Shown one piece after another: positions 1 to 11,429 of a stretch of DNA of 64,000 nt (position 1 is the first letter of the stretch; every line of letters begins with the position of its first letter). Source of the DNA: Squalus acanthias (Eukaryota); assembly GCA_030390025.1 (NCBI GenBank), contig CM059440.1, positions 47,120,001 to 47,184,000 on the forward strand, written 5' to 3'. Below the pieces are notes generated by a model. It was given only the letters and a program-made list of their open reading frames with translations. It did not search any database and was not told the DNA's origin. The translations under genes and the position numbers were made by a program.

Positions 1-622
1 GATAATATAGATAGAGAGGGATGGGGTGGAAGTGCAAGGTAAGTTGGTGTGAGTAAGGATGTGCAGGAGTAGAGTAGGGCAGGCAAAGCGATGGGGATGT
101 GATGAGAGGCACAGCAGGATGAAGGTGAGTGTGGGTTTGTACTAACGTTTCGTGATCTACTGAGATCATTGAAAGGTTTGCACCTTTGCAGCCTGGTCCT
201 CCTGACGACATCCCTGTTTTGCCCTCCTGTGCAATGTGCAACCAGGCTGCGTTGGTCTCCTGGGGAGGTCTCTTCCACCCATGGGAAGGGAAGAGAACCT
301 CCCTGTGTGCTGTGGCTCCCTCCATAAGCATATTGAGGGAGTCGTGGGAGAACCTGGGTGCAGTGTTTGCAGCACTTCAATGTTGTGGAACACTGACAAC
401 ACAACTGTCAAAATCAACTTGCACATGGTCCCTTTAAGGAAACCGGCTGATGATGCGTCATCAAATGACGTCATCAGACCCGCTTCCTTCAATTGACCGG
501 CAAAACGCGCTGGCGGGGCTTAACAAGCCCAATCAGGGGAAAGTCATTTTGGACAGTGGGCTGGAGCCAGCAGTGAGGCCGGGACCCGCCACCGACCTGC
601 TGAGGTTGGTAAAATCCAGTCC
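1..622 (-). mobile_element. PIF/Harbinger-like DNA transposon remnant (one terminus plus a Myb/SANT-like coding remnant)
   Basis: Terminal motif GTAAAATCCAGTCC at 609-622, a GC-rich subterminal region, and a Myb/SANT-like reading on the - strand (next feature). Family call is from recall. Confidence 0.55.
147..361 (-). pseudogene. Frameshifted Myb/SANT-like (NAIF1/MSANTD-type) DNA-binding domain exon
   Basis: Manual - strand translation gives APRFSHDSLNMLMEGATAHREVLFPSHGWKRPPQETNAAWLHIAQE, then after a frameshift DVVRRTRLQRCKPFNDLSR. This fits the pattern PRFS...L...R..LF...AW..IA......RT..QC.KRFNDL. Confidence 0.65.
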
Positions 623-624
623 TC

Positions 625-985
625 AGAGTGGGCAAAACCAATGCAGGTAGAGTTCAATGTGGGGAAGTGTGAGGTCATCCACTTTGGGCAAATCGTATTA
701 TTTGTTTAACAGTGAGAGACTCGGAGCTGTGGAGGACCAAAGGGATTTGGGTGACCGTGTGCACAAATCGCTAAAAGCTGGTGCGCAGGTACAAAAAGTA
801 ATCAAAAAGGCTAATGGAATGTTGGCCTTTATCTCAAGGGGGTTTGGAACATAAAAGTGAGGAAGTGGTGCTTCAGTTCTACAGAGCCTTGGTCAGACCC
901 CCATCTGAGTACCGCATTCAGTTTTGGGCACTGAACCTCAGGAAAGGTATGCAGCACATATTCACCAGAATGTTATTGGGGCTTT
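625..985 (+). mobile_element. CR1 LINE ORF2 fragment (degraded)
   Basis: Reads EFNVGKCEVIHFG...QRDLG..VHKSLK..AQVQKVIKKANGMLAFISRG with frameshifts. Confidence 0.85.
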
Positions 986-1582
986 AGAAGGGAATGGCCT
1001 TTCTCATCATATCTATTGGACTGATGAGTGCCAGTCCCACTCACTTTTTGAATCTCTTCTGCATTAAGTGGCTTATCATTGAGTACCCTTTATAAATTCA
1101 GAGCCCAAATATAATTTGATTCAGCAATGAATAGTGTTACTACTATCCATTTTTAGCATTGTGACTCAGTACAACTACAAAACGCTAAAGTACAAGTTTA
1201 AATTTTACCATCTAACCATATAAAAATAAAGCACACACTTTGTGACTAAAATCCTCTGCAATAGGTCCTATATTTTATAAATAATAATAAAATAAAGTGG
1301 TTATGTGCAGGTGTGGAATTCTGAATGTTAGAAATAAGTTTAAAAGTAAAATTGTGAACTCAGACATTACCAGTCAGAATTAGTCACGGGCGAGTATGTT
1401 ATTCACACTAGAATTTATAATGTAATGCATACACTAATGGCAAGAAACAGAAATGACATGCTATAGCATGCACTGCATAAAGCACCAATCAATTTTGTCA
1501 AAATTCCAGCACAGTCCCTTAATTTCTTGCTGCTTTAAATGATAAATACTATTTTGTTCAACAGCTGTAAACATTCAGGCAG

Positions 1583-2962
1583 GAATCATAGAATGATAGA
1601 ATGGTTACAGCACGGAAGAAGGTCATTCGGCCCATCGAGCCCGTGCCGACTCTCAGCTAGTCCCACTCCCCTGCCCTTTCCCTGTAGCCTTGCAAATTTT
1701 TTTCCTTCAGATACTTATCCAACTCCCTTTTGCAAGATAGGATTGAGTCTGCCTCCACCACTCTTTCAGGCAGCGCATTCCAGATCTTAACCACTCACTG
1801 CATAAAAAAGTTTTTTCTTACGTCGCCTTTGGTTCTTCTGCCAATCACTTTAAATCTGTGTCCTCTGATTCTCGACCCTTCTGCAAATGGGAACAGTTTC
1901 TCGCTATCTACTCTGTCCAGACCCCTCATGATTTTGAACACCTCTTATCAAATCTCTTCTCAATCTTCTCTGCTCCAAGGAGAACAACCCCAGCTTCTCC
2001 AGTCTATCAACGTAACTGAAGTTCCTCATTCCTGGAATCATTCTCGTAAATCTTTTCTGCACCTTCTCTAAGGCCTTCACATCCTTCCTGAAGTGTGGTG
2101 CCCAGAATTGGACACAGTACTCCAGTTGGGGCTGAACCAGTGTTTTATACAGGTTCATCATAATTTCCACACTTATGTACTCTGTACCTCTATTTATGAA
2201 GCCGAGGATCCTGTAAGCCTTTTTAACTGCTTTCTCAATCTGCCCTGCCACTTTCAACGATTTGTGCACATATACCCCCAGGTGTCTCTGTTCGTGCACT
2301 CCCTTTAGGATTGTACCATTTAGTTTATATGTCCTCTCCTCATTCTTTCTATCAAAATGTATCACTTTGCAATTTTCTGCATTAAATTTCATCTGCCACA
2401 TGTCTGCCCATTTCACCAGCCTATGTCTTCCTGACAATAGCAAAATACTGCGGATGCTGGAAATCTGAAATAATAACAGAAAATGCTGGAAACACTCAGC
2501 AGATCAGGCAGCATCGAGGAGAGAGAAACATTTCGGGTTGAGGAACCTTCGTCAGAACTGGAAAAGGTTAGAGAAATAACAGATTTTTAAGCAAATGTGG
2601 GACAGGGAGGAGGGGAGGAAAGAACAAAATGGAAGGCCTATGATACGATGGAAGGCAGGAGAGATTGACTGACAAAAGGGATGATGGTGCAAGGCTAGAG
2701 GAGAGGTAATGAACAAGTTAAGAAACAAAGGATGAGTCTAGATGAGGTGTAAATGGTATGTCTCCCTTAAGTCTATCACTCTCCTCCTCACTATACTTCC
2801 AAGTTTTGTGCCATCTGCAAATTTTGAAATTGTGCCCTGTACACCCACATCCAAGTCATTAATATATATCAAGAAAAGCAGTGGTCCGAGAACCCACCCC
2901 TGGAGAACACCACTGTGTACCTTCCTCCAGTCCAAAAAAACAACGGTTCACCACTACTCTCT
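1583..2962 (-). mobile_element. CR1 LINE 3' part, interrupted by an insertion at 2435-2756
   Basis: ORFs 1904-2443 (WQMKFNAENCKVIHF...LEYCVQFWAPH) and 2738-2935 (SGVLQGWVLGPLLFLIYINDL...FADGTKL). ATTCTAT-type tail near 1583-1602. Confidence 0.93.
2435..2756. mobile_element. Penelope-like element terminal repeat nested in the CR1
   Basis: AAATACTGCGGATGCTGGAAATCTGAAA...CACTCAGCAGATCAGGCAGCATC motif, also present at 34608-34800. Flanked by an 11/13 direct repeat (2422-2434 and 2757-2769). Confidence 0.6.
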
Positions 2963-3099
2963 ATGCAGGTCCCTCAAATGTTTGTGTAGAAAAGAATGCA
3001 CGCATACAACAAATCTGTGTCAGTTATTCATGCATGTGAACAGCCTGCGATTGTGAAGAGAGGGCGGAGGAATGCAAACAAAACAGTCTGCAGGGAGTC

Positions 3100-3530
3100 T
3101 CAACCAGCAGCCGCAGCGCATGCGCAGACCGCTGCACGGGGGGAGGAAGGTGGAGGAAAAAGGGGACGGAGCCTGCGCCGCTCAACCAAACCTGTTGGCT
3201 TGTTGTTTCTGTGATTGGTCGACAAGAACGGGAGGGGCGGGTCCCGCCCCTCAGGCGGATGCTGATTGGTGCGTGGGTCCGGGTTGCCGCGGCGGTCGAT
3301 TGGAGGAGGCGGCGCGTCAATTGATTGGTTGATGACGACGACGACGGGGCGGGTGAGGAGGGGTGGGTGGATCCCGCCCTGTAGGCGAGTGCGGATTGGC
3401 CGGAGGCCGGGCGCCGCGGCGGGCGATTGGAGGAGGCGGCATGTCAATCAGGGGACGGGGCAGGCAGTCGGGTTAGGTGGACCGGGCTAGTTAAGCGCGG
3501 CGAGAGTGGGTCGTCGCCGTCGACCCGCTG
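3100..3530 (+). promoter_or_regulatory. CpG-island promoter of the quaking gene
   Basis: Sharp rise in CpG and GC. Six ATTGG (inverted CCAAT) at 3214, 3265, 3299, 3324, 3395 and 3426. GC boxes near 3234, 3243, 3346 and 3373. NRF1-type palindrome GCGCATGCGC at 3116-3125. TGTCAATCA at 3442-3450. Confidence 0.85.
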
Positions 3531-3679
3531 AGGGGAAGAAAAAAAATCGGAGCGGCTTTTTATTTTACCACACACACAGAAGAAAAAAAACCACAACAAC
3601 TCGGTCTTTATTCTTTCGATCAATTATAAAATCTTTATAATTAGTCCTCAGAGGGGGAAAGAAATATATATATAAAAGA

Positions 3680-3821
3680 ATGGTGGGGGAAATGGAAGTG
3701 AAGGAGAAGCCGAGACCGAGTCCCGACTATTTGATGCAGCTGATGAACGACAAGAAGCTGATGTCGAGCCTGCCCAACTTTTGCGGCATCTTCACGCACC
3801 TGGAGCGGCTGCTGGACGAAG
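3680..3821 (+). CDS. QKI: Quaking coding exon 1 (QUA1 dimerisation region), probably the qkia-type paralog
   Basis: [47 protein letters not shown](E). Kozak context agaATGG, 142 nt, donor G|GTAGGT, phase 1. Confidence 0.98.
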
Positions 3822-4627
3822 GTAGGTGGAAAGAAGGAGGAAGGGGTGTGGAGAGAGAGAGAGAGAGTAAGGGAGCCAGCGGCCTTCAGAGGTTTGAGAG
3901 AAAGTTTGGTAAATGAGGAAAGAATTTTGAGAGTGGAGAGAGAGAAAAAAAAACCCGGCCCGACCGCCTGCCTCTTGCCGGCGCCGCCCGCTCGGCCCCG
4001 CTCAGGCGGCCCAAATCCTCTCCCCCCCCCCCCCCCCCCCAACTGAGGAGGGGGCTGCACCTCGCATCAACTTTTTCTTTAAAAAAGTCTTGATTTAATC
4101 AATGATTCCCTGTAGTGTTTAATTTAGTACTTTAATTCGTCCCCCCCCCTTCCCCACCATTTTCCTCCCCCCCCCCGCCCCCCCCAACCTCCATTTTGGG
4201 ACATTAGGCCGCGGGTGATGCCTACAAATTTTTTTTGGCGAAAGAGCCGAACTATTCAAACTTTTTTCTCGCACATCTCCTTTCTTTCTTTCATATATAA
4301 TAATAATTAAAGCCGAGCCCGGCCGTGATGGGGCTCTTGTGGTGGAAGCCGCGGAGTTTGATGCCCCCCCCCGCCAGCCACCAACATGGGGTTTAGTGTG
4401 GGGGGGCGGGCGGTTGTTAACATTTTTGGGAGTTTGCAAAAATTCGGCGGAGTTTGCTTCCAAAAACTTTTTTTTTCTGTTATTTTAGTGCGCAGTTTGC
4501 CGGGATTCTTTCCAGAGGAAGTCGAGCCTCCCTTTTTCCTGCTGGTGCACCAAGCCCACATTGTTTGTGATAGTTGCTGCTAAACTTTGTTCTTTTTTTG
4601 TTAGTTTGAAACTAGCGGCTCTTTTTT

Positions 4628-4660
<33 letters not shown>

Positions 4661-4719
4661 GTGTGTGTGTGTATGTATGTGTGTGTGTGTGTGTGTATAT
4701 GTATGTACGTATATGTGTG
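4628..4719. repeat. Compound (TG)n/(TA)n microsatellite
   Basis: Direct reading. Confidence 0.95.
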
Positions 4720-5649
4720 CATTTTTTTTAAAGACAAAAGGTCACGGATTAGTTTGCCTTCCTCCTCCCTGAAGCCAGCAAGAGAAGTGTGACTCTGCTG
4801 CAAATACAGCTCCAACACTAGGCTGCGCTAGACAATGCAAAACTAGTCTCCGATTAATCTCTGGTCGATGCAGCCAAACGCTGAATGGATTTCCTAAATC
4901 ACTGTTTTTTACAGTTTAAAAAAAAAAGAAGCAATTAAAATATTATCAGCAAAGGCTGCTTTTCCATTTCATAACAGTTGCTATATCAGATTCGCTTAAC
5001 ATCTCAAGTGGGTTGACTCATCGTGGGACGACTTCCAATAATATAACAGTTGCACTTCCAATACTGGGTGGTATATAATAATTGCAGTTGGGTGTTAAAT
5101 CTTTGTTTATTGCAACTACTGAATAGTTGCTTTTGTCTGCCTTTCTTTAACACGTGTTTTGCAAAACTGCTTAGTAACTTGAGAGGATCACAGCCGAATT
5201 CAATCCACTAAATTCGCAAAGTTTCCTGCTCGTCAGGTTTTGATGGCTTTTGCTGACCTGTGTCCAAGTGCTGTGACTTCCCTTAAAAAAAAAACCCCAG
5301 GCCAAATCCCTCTCCCTTCTAGTTCCTGTTTACTTGCAAAACAGCATAGTCAGATGTGTGATGGGGAAGCATGCATTTATATTCTCTGCTACCATTGTTT
5401 TGGAGGCTGTAGGTGTTTTTTTGTTTTTTCCCTCTTTATTTTGGCGACTATTGGTAAGAGAAGTCATAAATGAGGAAAAGCAATTTGACCCATTAGTTTG
5501 TGCCTCTAGTACTAGTACCCCAACTGTCCCATCTTTGTATCTGATTGCAGTTTGAACTACACAGGTTTTTGCGCCTCATACCTTGTTATAGACAGATTAT
5601 TCCAAACATTTATCAAGGTGTTTTTTTCCAAATACAAATATTTTTATAT

Positions 5650-6600
5650 AGTGTTGCTCATCTGTAGCCTTTCCAGTGCTTGCGTCTTTGAGCAGTTCTG
5701 GTCACAGTCCAAAAGAGTTTTCCAAATGTAGTCTGTCCAGAGCATTGTAACGCTTTTAACGTAACTTTTGTATACTTGTACAGTATTTCACTGTTCTTGT
5801 TATGTATCCTAGTCTCTGTCACTGCTGTTACACCCAGATATCTTTCTAATCTTCCCTGTTAATTTGGTCTATTGATTCCATACTTGCAATGCACTTTTTT
5901 GCTTTACATTGACCTGTGTTAAATGTCACTTGCTGTGCATCCCCCCCCATTTCTTTCCCATTGCATATTTCATCTAAAACATGGATTTTTTTGTTGTCTC
6001 CCTGACTTTACTGCTTTCCCTATTTCACTTTGAATCTGAAGTTTGTCTTCCATTTGGTATGCAGATGGAAACTGTTCATCCAAGCACCAGCCCCTCTGCT
6101 CACCACCTCCTGTCCACCTCCTAACACTGCAGTTCTGGAGTTTTTTTAAATTTCTTACCCAGTTTATCTAGTCTCTAGATTCTAGTTTAATTTAGATGTC
6201 TGAGAACTTTATTGGAACTTTGCGAAAGCTTTGAACAAACTATCTGACGTGGTCAGCTATGCCAAAGGTTTGTTGTACAGGGTGCTCCGTGTAAGTCCAT
6301 CATGGCTGTCTTGAGTTGCACAGTTACCCCCTCCAACCTAATTCGAGAATAGCTTCAATAATTTAATCCCCTTATTGACGTGCTAATGGTTTTGCAGTTA
6401 TCTGGGTCCGATTTTTTGCTTTTAAAAAATATATATATATATCGCCATGCTTCCAATCACATTCCAATTTGCTTAATTACTGTTTTTCCCCTTGACAAGT
6501 GTCCTGTGGTAATATGCTGTCTGGTCTGGAGGATTTATTGGGCTTAACTCAGTTTAAATTTTCAAATATCTCTGCTGCTCTAATTTCAAAATTAGTTGGG
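5650..6600 (-). mobile_element. Old, highly degraded CR1-like LINE
   Basis: Remnants resembling the reverse complement of the LY..LVR..LE...QFW and KC.V.H motifs; no open frame. Confidence 0.45.
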
Positions 6601-7289
6601 GTGTTGGGTGTTACAAAAATTAGATGAGTTTGCACTTCAGTGAACAAATTCTTTAATATATGGGTGAAGCCTCATCTGATCACGGTGCAATTTTTTAATC
6701 CATTCTCAATCCTTTGTTTTAATTTTTTTTGTGTGCCATAAATATTACCTACAATTTTTTAAAAGGCATACTTGATGGTCATTTGGTCTAACAGGAGTCA
6801 GAATTGCTAATGCTTAACTTTTACAGGGTGGTTCCCATTTTCTTTTCATCTCTCTATTTCTCTCCTCTCTTTCCCCCCCCCACTGTTTTGTTCAGCACTA
6901 TTTTTAAAATCATACAGGTGTTAAATGACTGCTATGCATCTTGACTATTTACCATTCTTGAAAAGCTGAAAGAGGTGAAAACTGGTGGGATGATGTATGA
7001 GATCATTGGCGAGAGACAATGAGAAGTCCTTTAAAAGAATACAAAGATGCAAAAATTGCCGAATAAGACAAAAAATTCATCATTCCAGCACCTGAAAAGA
7101 CAAGCAACACACATCCTTAACGGACTTGCTCTGATGAAGTGAACACCAAAAATAGAAAAGGACCTACCCCCCTGCACCCCCTCTCTCTCTCCCCCCGGCC
7201 CCCATCCCCCGGCACCCCCCTCTCCCCCCGGCCCCCCCTCCAGTAGGCCATATGGCCACTTGAGCCTCCTCTGCCATTTAATAAGATCA

Positions 7290-7401
7290 TGAATTTTATA
7301 ACTATTGCCTTGTAGATGGTTGTTGGTAGTTTAATGCCCCTTTTATCCCATAACACCTCATTAAACAATCTGGTTTGCTTTGTCATCTTGGAGTGCATCA
7401 C
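7290..7401 (-). mobile_element. Possible RTE-clade LINE fragment
   Basis: RLFNEVLWDKRGIKLPTTIYKAIVI resembles the RTE post-RT motif RL..VW..RGI...TK..VYKAVV. Confidence 0.45.
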
Positions 7402-8119
7402 ATGACATGGTGCTTCCTAAGTTACAGTACTGAAAGTGTTTGATAGTGGGTGTCTGAATCCTGCATAGGCTGACCAGCTGCCTGAGTGTTCTGGCCAATT
7501 ATGCTAGTCTTGTAGGTGACTAATAGACAGGTCAGAGATAGCAATGAAAATGGTGAGATATGAAATCTACACGGGAAGATAACTTGGCATTGAATACAGT
7601 AAGTAATAGCTGGAATGTGGCCTATTGCACTAATAAATTGCAGCTTACTTTCAGACAGTGGAACTGTTCATTGGCCACCTGGTTTAGATAAACCTGCAAG
7701 TATGAGATTTTTTTTGTGTGTGGGGTATAACTTGTTTTTGGTGACTGTCTGGTATGTAAAGTTTGGAAAAATGTTACTTGCTCTGGAATCGCATGTTACA
7801 AATTTTTGCAGCTGCAAAAGCCCTGATTACCACTTGCTTGCTTCATTTCTCATTGTCACTTTCACATTAATTAGAATGTCAAAGTGCAGTAACTTCAAGC
7901 TCAAAATTCTTGGCTTGCACATTTTTCAAGAAGTACATGTCTACTGGCTTTGGATGAAGTTTGAGTGAAATGCTGCCAGTAATTCTATCTTAAAGTCAAT
8001 GTGTTTGTGGCTTTTTCAAAAAAATGTAGAATACTGTTGCACATCAGAAGTCTGAACTTTATTATCTTAGTGATATTTAATTTTAACTGGGGGAAAAAAA
8101 CTACAGAATCAAGTGCAAG

Positions 8120-8441
8120 TGTTTTTTCATTTGTTCTTGGGATGTGATGCTGGGCCTTTGTTTTTACACACTTGAGGGGGACATTAAGTTGAGCATGTAC
8201 TGTGTGACTGTAGTTGTGTGTAGGTAATACGGATTAGGATGGTAAGTTTCCTTCTTTGAAGGCACTAGTGACCCAGTTGGGTTTTTATGACAGTCCAGCA
8301 GCTTTCATAGTTTTTTTTTCTTCCCTGATGCCACCTCACAAATTGCCAGATTTATTGTATTCAGTTTCATTGCCATGATTGGAATTGAGCCTATGACCCT
8401 GGATTGCTAGCCCAACACCATTACCACTACACTACCGTACC
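8120..8441 (-). mobile_element. tRNA-derived SINE, older copy of the family at 46345-46690
   Basis: Shared internal CCAGTTGGGTTTTTA(T/C)GACA, tRNA-like head at the right end, and TGGGATGTG tail at the left end. Confidence 0.7.
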
Positions 8442-9489
8442 ATTATCCCCCTGCAGTTGGCCATTTTTATCCACTACCAACAGTAGCTAGATTATGATAT
8501 GGAGTGACTCCTGTTGTTTTCTTCTCTCTTGGCAGAGGACTATTGGTCTTTAAAATTTACTGACTGGTCTTTTCACACGAGGTATTTGGGATTACAGTTG
8601 TGCTTAATACAGTAACACAGAATAATTGTATTTAACTTTTTAAAAAGTAGAATTATCAGAGCAACTTTTAAAACCAAATTAAGCCACATTGTAAATTTTG
8701 GAAGCAGTCCCAAATTTTTGTCAGCAGTCCTGTTCACTTTGCTAGTGTATAGCTCCTTTTTGGGTTGTATGCTTCACTTTTTAAAATTAAATTAATTTAA
8801 AAACCATTATAACTCAAGATCCAGTCAAGCGATAGTGGATTAGTCTGAATTTATTCTGACTAAAAATCATGGAATGTAGGAGATTGTTCCTTTTTCTATT
8901 GATAACTCATCTTGCTCTCTTTCCACTTTTTCCTTTCCTCAAAATAGGTTGCAGCAATGGATTCACTGATTGACCCCTGCTTTTGAAGCAACCATACAGT
9001 TATCTCCTCCCCCTGCCCATATCCTGTTTATAAAATTATGTACTTTAAGAATAATACCTTCCACTTGCCCTTTACTCAGCAGCAGCTGCTAGGAAATTAA
9101 AAAAAAAATTGTGACAGCAATTTCAAAGCGATGGAGGAATAGAGTCCTGTTTTGACATTCCAAGCAGTCATATTAAATGGACTGTTAGAATTAACATTAT
9201 CATAAAGGTAGGTTGCTTAAAAAAATCTACTGGTAAATTTGCATAGTCGAGATTCAAGCTCTGGATATCTGATACTGATCCGACAACATTCTTTGCAACC
9301 ATTGTTTTAAATCTGTTGCGTTGCAGTCGGTAGATTTTTATTTTGGCTAATGTATTTTCTACATAATTGTATTCGTTACATGACATCAGTTAATCACAAC
9401 ACGAATCCTCATTGTGCAGCCAGTCTTTTGTATAGACTTGCATAAGCCATTACATTTAATTGCACTTCACAGACATGTGAAAATTGTTG

Positions 9490-9920
9490 ACCAATTCCCT
9501 CTGCCACCGATAGCATTGTGCTCCGACTCCTTTCTCTGCAGTCCACTTCTGGCACTGCTGTCTCCATTCCAGTCACTATGAAGGCACTGCATCTCCTCCA
9601 ATTGTTTCTCTTCCTCTGTCATAGGCTGGTGCACTCCTGCTCCATCCTTGTCCCCTTCTTTGTTTTCAAACATCTCTTTGCATCCACTGTTGATTCCATA
9701 GCTGTTGCCAGTCTGCCGCTGCCTGTCTGACACTGAGCTCTGGGTGAGTTGTAAACGTCTCCATCTTAATGTGGGTAAGACTGAAGCTGTTCTGACTCGC
9801 AGCACCTCATTGCTACAGCCTTTAAACAGGCTGCGTTGGCTGCCACCTGAACCGTAGCCTGCAGCTGAAAAGCCTTTGATATCCTCCTTGGCCTAAGCTG
9901 AGCTTCCTTCTTGAAACCTG
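9490..9920 (+). mobile_element. Degraded L2 LINE fragment
   Basis: TGG...CTCCATCTTAATGTGGGTAAGACTGAA encodes W....LHLNVGKTE, a typical L2 post-RT motif. Confidence 0.6.
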
Positions 9921-10189
9921 ATCAGTCTTCCATTTTGCAAAATACTGACTAAATTCCCACTTAAATGTGGTATTTACATTGCTTAATTTGAATTGTTGGA
10001 TAATTTGAATATTTTTAGTGCAAAATGACTGAATTATCAAGGGTGGACTGTAAAAGATCTTGGTCCTCGTGTTCAAATCTCACCACAACCTCATTCAAAT
10101 CTCACCATTGTGCCTTCCTGCCTTTGTAATCGTCTTCAAATGAGTGCCACTGTGTGTACCCTCTGCTTCTCTGACTTGGCAATTCCCAC

Positions 10190-11120
10190 TTTTTTTTATT
10201 CGTTTGAGATGTGGGCGTTGCTGGCAAGACCAGCATTTATTGCCCTTGAGAAGGTGGTGGTGAGCCGCCGCCTTGAACCACTGCAATCCGTGTAGTGAAG
10301 GTACTCACACAGTGCTGTTAGGGAGGGAGTTCCAGGATTTTGACCCAGCGACTATGAAGGATCGTCGATATACTTCTAAGTCAGGATAGTGTGTGACTTG
10401 GAGGGGGTGGTGTTCCCATGCGTCTGCTGCCGATGTCCTTCTAGGTGGAAGAGGTCGTGGGTTTGGGAGGTGCTGCAGAAGAAGCCTTGGCGAGTTGCTG
10501 CAGTGCATTTGCAGATGGTGCACACTGCAGCCACAGCATACCGGTGGTGGAGGGAGTGAATGTTGAAGGTGGTGGATGGGGTGCCAATCAAGCGGGCTGC
10601 TTTGTCCTGGATGGTGTCGAGCTTCTTGAGTGTTGTTGGAGCTGCACTCATCCAGGCAAGTGGAGAGTATTCCATCACACTCCTTACTTGTGCCTTGTAG
10701 ATGGTAGAAAGGCTTTGGGGAGTCAGGAGGTGAGACGCTGTCCTCCGAATACCTAGCCTCTGACCTGCTCTTGTTGCCACAGTATTTATGTGGCTGGTCT
10801 AGTTAAGTTTCTGGTCAGTGGTGACCCCCAGGATATTGATGGTGGGGAATTCGGCGATGGTAATGCCGTTGAATGTCAAGGGGCGGTGGTTAGACTCTTG
10901 TTGGAGAGAGTCATTACCTGGCACTTCTGTGGTGCGAATGTTACCTGCCACTTATCAGCCCAAGTCTGAACATCGTCCAGGTCTTGTTGCATGCGGGCAT
11001 GGGCTGCTTCATTATCTGAGGAGTTGTGAATGGCACTGAACACTGCAGTTATCAGCGTACATCCCCATTTCTGACCTTTTGTTGGAGAGAAGGTCATTGA
11101 TGAAGCAGCTAAAGATGGTT
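10190..11120 (-). mobile_element. Second LINE family (CR1/L2 group), 3' part
   Basis: ORFs QQDLDDVQTWADKWQVTFAPQKCQVMT and LSTIYKAQVRSVMEYSPLAW...LDTIQDKAARLIG. A-rich tail at the left end; near-identical to 40790-41497. Confidence 0.9.
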
Positions 11121-11139
11121 GGGCCTAGGACACTGTTAC

Positions 11140-11372
11140 ATTGTCAGCTGTTTTACAGCCATTCTGCCCCCTTCATCTGGAATCTGCTCAACAAAAAACG
11201 CAACCTGCTTTCAAAAGCCACCTTTGAACCCTTCTCTTTGTCATTGCTTCCCCTGCCTAACAGGTTTTTCCCTTTGCCCTCCCGCTTACTTTTCTCCACT
11301 AAGTATTTTCTGCAAAGTGTTATGAGATGTTCTCTACATTACGAGTGCTATGTCAATGCAAGCTGCATCATC
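11140..11372 (+). mobile_element. L2 LINE 3' end (degraded)
   Basis: FYSHSAPFIWNLL motif and tail GTGCTATGTCAATGCAAG, matching the tail at about 38800. Confidence 0.6.
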
Positions 11373-11429
11373 ATTTAGTTGAGAAACAGGCTGGAACTGT
11401 GTTTTTATTTTACCAAATTGCTAAAAGTA

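Noticed and set aside
3024-3490. Overlapping ORFs in the promoter
   Set aside because: Expected from stop-codon scarcity in GC-rich DNA; their mutual similarity reflects the duplicated promoter module.
3822-3916. ORF 3680-3916 continuing past LLDE as GRWKEGG...
   Set aside because: This is read-through into intron 1; the donor at 3822 joins exon 2 in frame.
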